A stretch of 63,118 nt of DNA, the filler included, from Reticulomyxa filosa (lineage: Eukaryota; Protista; Foraminifera), in assembly GCA_000512085.1 (NCBI GenBank). It is 24 parts of 24 records of this genome, joined end to end, with 100 filler letters (N's around TTAATTAATTAA, not from the genome) between each part and the next. Parts side by side here need not be neighbours in the genome. Positions count along the whole stretch, not along the records: positions 46,714 to 51,118 come from ASPP01049890.1; positions 51,219 to 54,570 come from ASPP01012857.1; positions 54,671 to 55,717 come from ASPP01005766.1; positions 55,818 to 56,877 come from ASPP01027394.1; positions 56,978 to 59,531 come from ASPP01036052.1; positions 59,632 to 61,944 come from ASPP01021778.1; 18 more parts are not named here. The stretch is one strand, 5' to 3'. The translations under genes and the position numbers were made by a program. Positions 49,740-61,301 of this stretch are shown here, in pieces (the first letter of the stretch is position 1; every line of letters begins with the position of its first letter). Below the pieces are notes generated by a model that was given only the letters and a program-made list of their open reading frames with translations, ran no database searches and had not been told where the DNA came from.

Positions 49740-50990
49740 TGAAAGAGAAGATGCAGTGGCGAAAAAAGCAATCAACTGAATTGTTTCGGCGACAATGCAG
49801 AACATCAATGTTCCTGAATTTCCTTGGCTTAAATCTATTCTTTACAGATCATTTTCATTCAATTTCAGTTCATCTTTGGGTATTTCTTCATGTTGTTCAT
49901 AATATCACATCATATGTAAAAATTTCACACTAGATTGGATTTTAAACTGCTTGAGTAATGTCATTGATGTACAACAGAAATAACAATGGTATAATGATTA
50001 TCCTTGATTTACTTTTGGATGCTGGAATTATTTCCATTCAATACAACTTGTCCTGTCCTGTTTGAAGAAACTATCCATTATCCTTTCAAATAATTTATGT
50101 CTCAGTCTATATCTACACACACTGTCATATGCTGATGAAATGTCAAGAAGCGCTACATGTGATATTCCATTGTTATCGAATGATGAATGAATAGACTATG
50201 ATAATCTCAATAACAACTCAGATGTGTTGTGCAATATCTGGTTTTTATTCAAATACCACATCAATATCATTATAACAATCCTTTCCAATAATTTCCCAAC
50301 TACAGATAGCAATGCAGTGTGTCTATAATTCTTGCAAATGCTGTGATCCCGATCTGGTTTTGGAATTGTTTGCAGTCTTCCATGATTTTGGTATATGTCC
50401 AATTAACTCCAATTAAATAACAATAACATAGAATCAATCATTGATTGTACACCATTCTTGATCATTTGATTGTGAATCTTGTCCGATCCTTGTGCTTTGT
50501 GAGATGAAATGTGTCTCATTGTTTCGATTACTTCTTATTATGTGATTCGATTTTGATGTCACTCAAATACACCATGATACTCAATCAGTTTTTCTTTTCA
50601 TTTGTTCACTGATTTGAATTGAGAGAATAACTGTCGATTATTTCCTTCTTGAAGTGATTGAACACTCTTCACCAAGTATTCTTGCTTTTCGTGTCGAAGT
50701 TTCTTTTTCAATTCATTTGCAGCTTGCTTGTATGTCCTGTAATTGTGATCACTTTTATTTCTTCGAAAAGCTCTCTTTATGTGGATAGAAGCGCTCCACC
50801 AAGGCTTTTTTCCTTTCCACACTGTCTTCATCCCAATTGTTTTTTTATCTGCATCCACAACGCATTTTTTCACTGCATAATCCAACAACTTTGGATCATC
50901 TGAAAACCGATGTGGTAATATCTGTTTCCATTCACGAAGATAGGACTTGACGATACAATCCCCAATTGCAAATTCCATGTTTTAATCTTT
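49740..50990 (-). mobile_element. Non-LTR (LINE-like) reverse transcriptase pseudogene, minus-strand copy of the same family
   Basis: KKPWWS, KAQGSDKIHNQMIKN, IPKPDRDHSICKNYRHTALLSVVGKLLERIV, ALLDISSAYDSV, LFLLYINDI. Confidence 0.9.
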
Positions 50991-51038
50991 TGTTTTTTAA
51001 TATGTGGAGATGCCCAACTTGCTTGGATATTGATTGTA

Positions 51039-51118
51039 CATTTTGTTGCAAAGAAAACTGAACGCATAAAACGATATCTTATGATGATAATTGATTTTCT
51101 CCATGAAAAATCAACATT
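51039..51118 (+). mobile_element. Third copy of the Tc1-like terminal repeat
   Basis: GTTGCAAAGAAAACTGAACGCATAAAACGATATCTTATGATGATAATTGATTTTCTCCATGAAAAA, nearly identical to 24970-25035. Confidence 0.75.
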
Positions 51119-51271
51119 NNNNNNNNNNNNNNNNNNNNNNNNNNNNNNNNNNNNNNNNNNNNTTAATTAATTAANNNNNNNNNNNNNNNNNNNNNNNNNN
51201 NNNNNNNNNNNNNNNNNNTAAAAAAAAAAAAAAAAAAAAAAAGGTGTTGTTATGCTATTATTCTTACCAAC

Positions 51272-51652
51272 TGTCATAAACTTGGGAAATGAAAAGCCTC
51301 TCATAACAGTTACTTTTTCTTGCAAAGCAGCAAAGATTACCGAGAACACAATGTGTCCTGCGCCCATGAGCAAGAAGAGGACCGTTGAGTTCAAATACGA
51401 AATATCTATTCCATAAATATTTGCACCTGTGTTTGGCTGAAGGGCTTTCTCAGCATTATGTCTATTCTTCAAAGGTTCTTTTTGATTGTTGTCTTCTTTT
51501 TGAACGCTGCTACCGTTTCGATTTTTTGCTGGCACTGATTGATGTGCTTCGTGCGCTTTCACAAAAAAAAAAAAAAAATGTTGATGTTCGTCGCGAAATT
51601 GCAACACAAAATCTACAATTTTTGTAAATAACTAACTCTTACGGTGTTTCAT
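51272..51652 (-). CDS. UAA/SLC35B-family nucleotide-sugar or PAPS transporter, 5' fragment
   Basis: IYGIDISYLNSTVLFLLMGAGHIVFSVIFAALQEKVTVMRGF resembles the SLC35B3 N-terminal TM1 region ending LQE. Confidence 0.65.
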
Positions 51653-52071
51653 TACAAGACTAATGCCAGCTTATTGGCTCAAGCGGCCACTGTAACAACC
51701 CCTTTTTCCAAAAAGGTTTTTTTGTATCTTGCTAACTGTTGTTGTGCACTCTTTTTTGCTTGGTAAAGCCTAATATTTAAGACAAAGAATAGTGTTGCTG
51801 TTTTGGTGAATCGATGGAGATTATAGCAGTAAAAATTCAAAGATAAACTCAAAGAGTAGTCAACAATTTTATAAATAGTTTTTAAAATTATTTGCTTCAA
51901 CAAGCTTCAATGCGCACATTAGAAACCGAAACACCCCAGGTTGATAATTTCACAATACACATTGGAGTAATTTCGTGCTACAAAAATTAACAAATACCGA
52001 ACTTTAAAAGTTGGAAACTTCTTTGCGAAGAAGCTCCTTCATGAATGTATTTTTGTTGTAGAATAATAAGC

Positions 52072-53097
52072 CTAACAACAAGAAGATTTTGGCTTTGTCA
52101 ACGGTGAAATGATCACAACACTTTTTCGTTGACCTGTCAAGGTAGTTGCGACCTCCGTGTTTTTGTACAACCTTTCATTAACTTTTTGGATCAGTGTCGT
52201 AAATGCAATGTCTACATTTTGATTACTTTTCGCAGAAGCCAAAATATAAGGCATCCGCAGTTCCTTTGAATATTCTTCCATTTCTTTTGTGATTTCTAAT
52301 TTTTCCTGTTTAAGTATATAAAATGTAATCGGTTCATTTACTTATTTTAAAAGAACTAAATGAAAATTAACATTTTCATCCAATAAGTCCATTTTGTTCA
52401 CAACAAGAATAGAGTCAAATTTGTCTCCTCTTATCATATTTTCAACATCTCTTAACCATCTTTTAATATCTTTTGTTTTGTGATTAACGTTTTAAAATTG
52501 TTTAAATTTTTTAAAAACGGAATAGAAACGTTTTTGTTTTAATTTTAAACTTTTTCTGGTTTGAGTATTATTTGCGCTACACACAAACATTATCCCATGT
52601 GCTCCTCGATAATAGTCTTTTTTTAAATTGTAAATAAGCCAAATGAATTCGAAACAAAAAATAAACTAAAATAAAAATAATAAATTGTTTAACTTTGTGT
52701 TATTGTTCGAAACCTTTCTTGTCCTGCAGTATCCCATATTTGCACTTTAACTGGATTTCCATCAATTATTACTCGTTTAAATTTAAAATCCATGCCAATT
52801 GTAGTTATAAACTCTTCACTAAAGTCATTTTCAGTGTAGCGCAGTAACATTGAGCTTTTACCGCTCCCTATTTGCAGTTTAAATTAAGTCCTTTGTCTTA
52901 ATTTCTCACAACTTTTTTTAGGCTAGAGTGCCTTAGGCTTTATGAAAAGTCAATACTCATTTTTTTGTTAATCACTCTCATATTTGGAAAAAAGTGGTAG
53001 AATTGCAATATAAATTAAACATTATTTGTTGTTTGAAGAAGAGACACAAATTACCACTGTCTCCCAAGGTTACAATTTTAATAGGTTGTCTAGCCAT
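52072..53097 (-). CDS. Rab-family GTPase (Rab1/Rab8-like), five exons
   Basis: Spliced: [53 protein letters not shown]-terminal SSCC prenylation motif. Only the last exon is in the ORF track. Confidence 0.95.
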
Positions 53098-53817
53098 TAA
53101 AATTTGAGGTTATATGTTGGACAGTGATTTGATAATTATTCTTTGTGTCAGCTATAATGACGTTTTTTTGAGAGCAAAGTAATTCATTATGAAAGAAAAG
53201 AAAAATTAACAGCGTCCACAGCTTACTTTGGCAACAAAAATATCTTTATTTGAATATTTATGATATTTTTAACCGATTATATTTGTACTTAAATTTTTTC
53301 AGAACCAGTGCTGTAAACTCTTGAACGGGGAGGGACACTGCTTTGAAGAAATTTATATTTATATATTAAATCATCCCTTCAATTGGCCCGAGTCATACAG
53401 CCATTTTCGGTAGTAGTGGCTATATTCGTGATCCAAATTGCTACATGACTGGGCATTGTGTGCAAAAGCTCTTTTTGAACAATAGTTTGTTACACGTTAA
53501 AACGCCAAAGTTTGGCAATTTTATATTTCGCAAATCAAAAATAAACATACGATTGGAAGATTACAAATATTTGATTTTAAGAGGAATTATTGACAGTGTT
53601 GAAAATGCAAATTGTGATTTTTACTCAATGCAAACTCTTTTGCTTTATTTGTTTTGAAAGATTATCCTATGTTTTCTCCATTCAATTGCTATTTAGCGAA
53701 AAATGCGCTTCTGTACCTTTTTCCTCTTTGAACAAAACGCTTTTACATTAAGTCTGACAAAACTGGGCTCGAAGGGTCATCAAGTATATAAAAAAATTGA
53801 ATGAACGTTGAGGTATC

Positions 53818-54511
53818 ATGAGTGATTGGACAAATTTAGCAATAGCATCGTTTGCACTTTTGGCAGTGAATTATTCGATACTGTTGTGTCTATTTATTTA
53901 TATTTCAATCAAATTTCACAAGTATCATGTTTATCAGTGTTTCCATCCGCGTGGGTCGTGGTCGTTAGTGATTCTTGCGTTGTTTACCTTTGTTTTTGTG
54001 TTCAGTTAAGTGCGAGCAACGAAAGGAAAAAGATGCAAGTAAAAGAAATTGAAAGTGGAATTCAACAAAAAAAAAAAAAAAAAAATAATAGTGGAACGAC
54101 CAATCCACTTATTTACAGGACACATTAGCAAGGACCTGAACGGCATAAGGCTGCCTCGATGGGCAGACAATGGCATCGAGCATACATTTGTTCTGTATTT
54201 GTCGATGGTATATGTTTGGAGGACAATGTCGATAGTGTACGACTACTACTTCAAAGAGAGCATTTTGGTGGAGGAATGGAAGCTGTATCCGGCAAAGTCG
54301 TCGTTGGACTTTTACACATGGGTGCTCGAGCATAAGAGCACTTGGGGAAGCCAAGAGTGGACCTTGCAAGTGTTCGCTTTCGCTTTGATCTTCGTCGCCG
54401 TGCCCATCTTTTGCATCAATTACTTTCTCGGTTGGCATGACCTGTTCATTCCCATCTTCATTTTCATTCTTTTGGAACTCATTTTGTTCCGACTTATTTT
54501 CCATATGCCAT
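53818..54511 (+). CDS. Multi-pass membrane protein, 5' part (possibly 7TM/RGS-fusion type)
   Basis: At least five hydrophobic segments over two exons; motifs FHPRG after TM1 and WRTMSIVYDY after TM3. Family assignment is from memory. Confidence 0.55.
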
Positions 54512-54687
54512 GTAATTTTTTTTATAATTTTTAAAAAAAAAAAAAAAGTATACGTTTTTAAAAACTTTTTNNNNNNNNNNNNNNNNNNNNNNNNNNNNNN
54601 NNNNNNNNNNNNNNTTAATTAATTAANNNNNNNNNNNNNNNNNNNNNNNNNNNNNNNNNNNNNNNNNNNNCCCGATCGCCGGAGTGT

Positions 54688-55717
54688 GTGATGACCACCT
54701 TGAACCCTTCCCTCAACAAGCAGCCGCTGCGCGCACCGTGGTACGCCCGTCCGCTGCTGGCAGGCCTGGAACGCCTGCTGTACGGCCAGCTGCTGCTGGT
54801 AGCGCCAGACGGTAGCCAGCGTCTGTTCAGCGGCCGTCACGCCGGCCCCGACGCCGCGCTGCATATCCACGACTGGCGCGCACTGCGCCGTATTGCGCTG
54901 GCTGGCGATATTGGCCTGGCCGAGGCCTGGCGCGACGGCCAGGCCAGCTCGCCCGACTGGGTGGCGCTGATGCGGCTGGCGCTGCAGAACGAACCGGCCG
55001 TCGAGCAGGCCATTCATGGCAGCTGGCTGGGCAAGATCGGCTACCTGCTGCGCCACCTGGGCCGCGCCAATACTCGCAAGGGCAGTCGCCGCAATATCCA
55101 CGCCCATTACGACCTGGGCAACGACTTCTACAAGCTGTGGCTGGACCCGAGCATGAGCTACTCGGCTGCCGAGTTTGACGGCAACCGCCAGCAAAGCCTG
55201 GAAGCCGCGCAGTGGGCCAAGTACGAGCGCATCCTGCAGCGGCTGAACCCGCAACCGGGGCAGCGCATCCTGGAAATCGGCTGTGGCTGGGGCGGCTTTG
55301 CCGAGTACGCCATCCGCACCCGCGGCGTACACGTTACCGGCCTGACGCTGTCTACCGAGCAGCTGGCCTGGGCGCAGCAAAGGTTGGCTGCCGCCGGGCT
55401 GGCGGTGCAGGCCGACCTGCGGCTGCAGGACTACCGCGACGTGGACGGCCAGTACGACCACATCGTTTCCATCGAGATGCTGGAGGCGGTGGGCGAGCGC
55501 TGGTGGCCCAGGCTATTTCGCCACCCTCAAGCAACGGCTGAAGCCCGGTGGCAAGGCCATGGTGCAGGTGATCACCATCGGTGACGCCTGGTTCGAGCGC
55601 TATCGCAGCAGCACCGACTTCATCCAGCAGTTCATCTTCCCCGGCGGCATGCTGCCGTCGCCGGGCGAACTGGACCGCCAGATCGCCGCAGCTGGCCTGC
55701 GCTGAACGACCGCTACA
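54688..55717 (+). CDS. cfa: Bacterial cyclopropane-fatty-acyl-phospholipid synthase family SAM methyltransferase; frameshift near 55508; truncated
   Basis: NIHAHYDLGNDFYKLWLDPSMSYS, ILEIGCGWGG, TLSTEQ, LQDYRD, IVSIEMLEAVG; shifted frame continues FATLKQRLKPGG...DFIQQFIFPGGMLPS. Very GC-rich, G/C-ending codons, no introns, GGAG upstream of start. Confidence 0.93.
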
Positions 55718-55817
55718 NNNNNNNNNNNNNNNNNNNNNNNNNNNNNNNNNNNNNNNNNNNNTTAATTAATTAANNNNNNNNNNNNNNNNNNNNNNNNNNN
55801 NNNNNNNNNNNNNNNNN

Positions 55818-56170
55818 CACCATTGAAATATTGATCCCAAATATCTTGTGTAGTATTAGATTCATTCTCTTTTATTTCTAATTTTTTATCTTCACTTTTG
55901 GTCTCTATCTCTATTATTGGATCTAATTTACTCCAAATCTTATCTTTTTCATATTCTTTATAATCATTTTCTGTTGCAACTTGATTTCCTTGCATAAACA
56001 TTTCAAATCCTAAATTTTGACAATATAGATAAAATGCTGATTTGACTTTTTTGGGATTTGATTGAATTCTTAATTCTGATAATTTATTTACAATATATTT
56101 AACATGAATATCAATCCATTGTTCATTAAATGCTTCATAAACTTGTGATTTTGATATTTTAGTTCCAATT
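55818..56170 (-). pseudogene. Fragment of a NACHT-associated helical region
   Basis: SKSQVYEAFNEQWIDIH...YCQNLGFEMFMQGNQVATE resembles the post-NACHT helical segment of an expanded protist family; no start, no P-loop seen. Confidence 0.45.
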
Positions 56171-56518
56171 AAAAAAAAAAAGCGTCTTCATAAAGTGGCA
56201 TTTTATGTTTTCAAACGAGCACTCTTATTAATTGTTCCAGATGGCATTGTATTGGCATCATCACTAATTTTTGATTCATTTTTTATGATATTATTTTTTT
56301 TACAGACGTGTCCACTATTCCAAGACAAGATCGAGCCGTGAGAAAGTAATAGCGATTGAAAGTTAGCATTTCAAAAAAAAAAAGACGTGACGTTAGTCTA
56401 GAAACAAAAGAATATGTCAAACATCCTCTCCAACGATGTAGGAGAAAAAAAGAGAGGAAAAGAGGGAGGGGAAAAAAAAAAAGAAAAAAGTGCTACAGTT
56501 TTTACAAACATTAAAAAT

Positions 56519-56830
56519 TTATTCTTTAATAAACATTTCATCCTCCAAATGTAACTCGTAGTCAATTCCACAACGAACGGTATGTTTAGTCCGACTATCA
56601 ATGAAAGGCATGCCATACAAATTAAGTTCCGCTTCTTTGCGGCCCGTCAGCTTTTGTCCAAAGTCCTCCCATCTGAAGCCAAATACAGTTTGCACCTCAA
56701 AGCCCTCTTCAGTTTTAATTTTTATCACCAAGTGGATGTACCCATAGACAGGTCGTTTTTCACTTCCGGAGCATTTCAACGTCAGTTTATTTTTTTGCGC
56801 TCGCAGTCGTTCGCATAGTCCATAAAACTT
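56519..56830 (-). CDS. Terminal exon of an unidentified beta-rich protein
   Basis: YGYIHLVIKIKTEEGFEVQTVFGFRWEDF...; coding-like composition after an intron-like tract. Confidence 0.35.
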   Translation of the reverse strand, partial: KFYGLCERLRAQKNKLTLKCSGSEKRPVYGYIHLVIKIKTEEGFEVQTVFGFRWEDFGQKLTGRKEAELNLYGMPFIDSRTKHTVRCGIDYELHLEDEMFIKE

Positions 56831-56834
56831 TTTA

Positions 56835-56865
<31 letters not shown>

Positions 56866-57259
56866 GTATACATATATNNNNNNNNNNNNNNNNNNNNNNN
56901 NNNNNNNNNNNNNNNNNNNNNTTAATTAATTAANNNNNNNNNNNNNNNNNNNNNNNNNNNNNNNNNNNNNNNNNNNNCACTGGAATTTTGAATTTACAGC
57001 TACAAGAGAAAACGCTGGAGATTTTTGTTAAGTTAGTTGCACTAAACATGCTAACATTTTGTCGACAAGAAAATTTCCTAAAATGTCTGACATTTCATAT
57101 CTTTTGTATACAACTTATTTTGACGAAAAATTTTTTAAGAGAAGTTCAAAATCTACTGTTGATTTTCTTTTCAACAAACTCTGGCATTTTTGTTTATCGT
57201 GAATTTCGGCGTCCAACACCTCTATTTCTAATTATTGCAGCTGTTGTCTCTTGAAATAC

Positions 57260-58170
57260 TCTTTGTCATTGATTTTTCCGTCATGGATCTCCCCAAATTC
57301 GGAATGCTTAAAGCTAAGACTGACCCATGGCTTTGTCTTTAAGCAAAATACAATCGTCTACTTCGAAGAATACTTCTTCATTGTGACTGCCGTTGTCCAA
57401 TAGTTTAACAATTGTCTCTCTTGTAACAAACAAGCCATGACTTTCTGTTGAATTCGTCCAATTTAATGCTAAACCTGTCGTCTTCCCAAAATGGAATTTC
57501 CCAATATATTTGATCACACCTGCAAAAAGTCAACAGATTATTTTTTTAAGCTGTCAAAAATCGGTATGTAATTCAACAAATTAAAAAGTGCAAAAAAAGG
57601 GATTAATAACATAGGCATGTATATATGTACATTATGTGTACATAAGTATACAATAACGTGTATGTATGTTTAAAAAAAACACCTTTTACATTGTTAATTA
57701 ATTCAACTCGATCACCGACGACATAGTCACGAATTATTGAATAGTATGGGCCATTGTGGTGATTTCTAAGGCCTTGCACTTGCCATATCATCGACGGTTG
57801 ACTCACTTCATTATTGTCTACAGGTGCGTCATCGTCAAAGTCGGCGAGTCGACGATTGTGAGTGGTGGAATAGCTTTTTGCGATTTGGTCCAATGCAAAT
57901 TTGTTTACAAATTCATTTAAACAGATATGTAAAAGGGCCGGTTCATGGTGTCTTTTTGTCACAATATCGTTTTCATTCTGTTCGTTCAGCTGCGCAAAAT
58001 TCTCAGATCTGTTATCATTGTCATCGATTCTTCTGTTGCAATTGTGGTGTTATGTTTTTCTTTTCGAGGATCCATTTTTTCATTAACTCTGCTTTGGAAA
58101 ATCTTGACGTCAAAAATAATTGCAAACTTTGTCAACGTTCATCAAGTTTACTTCTTTCCATTGTTGGAGA
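57260..58170 (-). pseudogene. CAP-Gly domain protein pseudogene
   Basis: DYVVGDRVELINNVK|GVIKYIGKFHF then frameshift to RFSIKLDEF; second decayed repeat FEVDDCILLKD; stops. Confidence 0.65.
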
Positions 58171-59631
58171 TTCTTAGGAAAGTCCTTTTTTTTTGAATGA
58201 TATCTTTTTGATAAGAGATCAGAGCTTTAGAAAAAAAAGATGTGTTTTTGACAGGTTATTGTATACGTTGTTTCTTTCCTTAGTGACCACTTTTTCATCA
58301 TCTAGGCAAATAAAATAAAATTAATTTGTAAATTTGATCCCCATCCCTGGAAATTATAATTTTGTCTAAATGTTTTTGTTGCAATGGTAACACGTCGCTT
58401 TTTTTTAGGTGCTGAAGATTTACATGCCAAATATCATTTAGTTGATAATATGTACATTTATTTGTGGTTTTTCTTTTGTTTTCTTAGATATTTTTCTCAT
58501 TGATGATAATTCCAAAAAAGAGGAACTTTTCAACTTCACTCCAAATTGAATCATTGCTAACTTTTTTGTGCTTTGTTTTTCAGAATCCTTTTTTACAAGA
58601 TAGCGAGCGTTCTGGATAGTTAATGTATTAAAACATTAGATTTGAAATGTTTTGAAATGAATTTGGTCACAATAAAGCGATAAAAAATACATTAAAACAT
58701 GACCATACTAAACAGATTGAATGAAACAACAAAAAAATTGATGTACTCTCTTGACTGTGAAGATAGATGTACATGTCAACCTGAATGGTCAATGTCAGGA
58801 GAAACCACAATAGGAAAGCGTATTTGTTTTGGCATCATCTTTTTTTCGAATAGTGTTGTTTTAGGTATATTGGGTATACACTGATTATTTTCTTTCTTTT
58901 TCGGAAACTGTTGCATTTTGCAGAGGAGAGCACTGGCGAAGGAATTCTCAAGAGTGAGTCCCATGTTGTAGAATTTTGCTCTGTTAAATTGTTTGAAGAG
59001 GAGAGCCAAAACCACATTTGTAATACCCAAGAGAATTTTTTCTAAAAAGGGAAAACTTTTTCTCTTCAACAGAAAAATTGTCACTTAAGGGAAAATAATG
59101 AAGTCCAAAAAAACAATTTTAATTTTCAATTTTCTGTAATTAATCCGTTTTTTTGAATCATAATTGTAGAAATACAATACAAAAATTTTAATCATTTTTT
59201 TTATAATTTTTTTGTCAAAATATTCAAAAAAATTTGTAAATTTTCATCTTTTTTTATAAATATTTATAAGTTACGAATTCACGTTATAATGAAAAAAAAG
59301 ATCTTTTTTTTTTTTGTCGTCTCTGTCTATTGCTCTCTCGTACCAGCTCGTAATATGGTGATTGCACTCTCTTTCACTGGTATGTCTTTTTTCTTTTGTT
59401 TTTTTAAATAATTGTTCAACTTAAAAGACAAAAGTGGTTTGCTTTTGAACAGCCTTCAACTTTTTAAAAAAAAAAATGGCATTTTTTTTCGGATGCTGTG
59501 CATCCTTCAACAAAAGAAAAAGAAAATGGGGNNNNNNNNNNNNNNNNNNNNNNNNNNNNNNNNNNNNNNNNNNNNTTAATTAATTAANNNNNNNNNNNNN
59601 NNNNNNNNNNNNNNNNNNNNNNNNNNNNNNN

Positions 59632-59667
<36 letters not shown>

Positions 59668-59717
59668 GGTTACAACCTCATAAAAAAAAACAAAAAAACG
59701 GGAAACACGAGAATAGC

Positions 59718-60654
59718 ATTTAATCGAGTCATCCCCAGCTCATTTGCCTCATTCTGGCAAGGCAAAACAGTTTAACGATATATTGGACTTTGACGGTGAG
59801 AGAGTATTGTATCGCAACACAAGTAAAGACGGCAGCAAAAATATTGGCATATTACGGTTGCCCGTTCCCTCCATCCGCAATCGTGATTCTACGTACACCG
59901 TTCCCAGAATACACTCGTCGCTTGCAACGAAAAAACAAACAGTCACGATCAACGTCAGAGATGACGAGTCCGATGAAAAAGTATTTTCTGTTCCTCTCAC
60001 TAATGCAAAAAAACGTAACAGTGATGAAGCTCATGATTTCATGTTTGTCGATGATAAATTAGGTTCGTTTATTTTATTATTTTTTTTTTTAATGTGTATA
60101 TATCATATGTGTGCATATATAAATATATTTATTTATTTGTATGTAACAAAGGTCAAGAAGGCAGCAGCTATATTAAACAAGCAACTCACGTAATTCCAAT
60201 GAATAAATGGGTTTTGCCCAAATCTACAACCAATTATTCATGTTTTCAAATGTTCGAAGACAAAGTCTGTTATGTGAGTAATCATAATCTCATCAAAGTT
60301 TATGATATCAAAAAAGGGCAGGTCATCTGTCGTCTTGATGGGCACAGCCATTACATTTTAGCACTTGAATATGTCAATCCTGATTTCATTGTCAGCTTAG
60401 GCTCAGATCAAACTATACGTGTGTGGCAAATTTTTGACACTCATTTCACCAGTAATAATAGCTCCAATCCCAACAAATTGTGTGAATGGAAATGTGTTTT
60501 TCTTCAACGCAATATACCTGGACACTTTGTTCCTGGCTATCTGTATAAAATTGAAATGCTTCGTGAATTGATTGTTTATTCTGCTGATAATGGCCTATTT
60601 GCTTTCAAGTGGACTACTGAAATAGATAAATATGCAAATGATACACAGATCTAA
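59718..60654 (+). CDS. WD40-containing protein, 3' exons (intron 60063-60151)
   Basis: IKVYDIKKGQVICRLDGHSHYILALEYVNPDFIVSLGSDQTIRVWQI. Confidence 0.8.
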
Positions 60655-61301
60655 TTCTATTACTTAAAATTATTTCTTTATTTTTGCTGACTTTGGTGAG
60701 GCCAGCTCAAATACACAATGAGGCTGTTTTTTAGTTTTTTTGTTTTCCAGTTATTAATGCTTTGGGTTGACCTAATTACAAAAACATAACTGTTTTTGTG
60801 ATTAGCTGTTTTTTCTCCTTATCAGCTGAATTTTTACTGTTTTCTCGCTTCTTTTATATTGTAATCCTTTTAAATTGAGTTTTTTTATTCTATCTTCTCA
60901 AGATTCACTCATAACATTGTGGAACAAATGAAGAATTTCCTTTTGAGGGTGTTGGTAGTACCTCACTTTTGCTTTTGAAGATAATATGTGGACATTTAAG
61001 CTAATAGAGTAGAAAGTTGACAAATCTAAAAAAATTTAAAACACAAATAAAATAAGAGGAAGGCGATTAAGTTAGTGCATATAAATAGCACATTTGACAA
61101 ATGTTAAAAAATCGAATTAAATAAGAAACACTTCGATAATTTTGAACCAACAATTGAACGTCTAACCAACTGAATAATTTTTTTTTATCAGATTGTCATT
61201 GACTTTTTGAGTTTGACGCAGGGTTCGGCGTATGCCAGTTTTTTTTTTAACACAAAAACGCTTTAGCCCCTTTAGAAAGAAATTTGATTTAAAAAGGCGA
61301 A

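Noticed and set aside
54619-55461. 280-aa minus-strand ORF and other overlapping ORFs in the GC-rich contig
   Set aside because: Antisense shadows of cfa; long stop-free frames are expected in GC-rich DNA.
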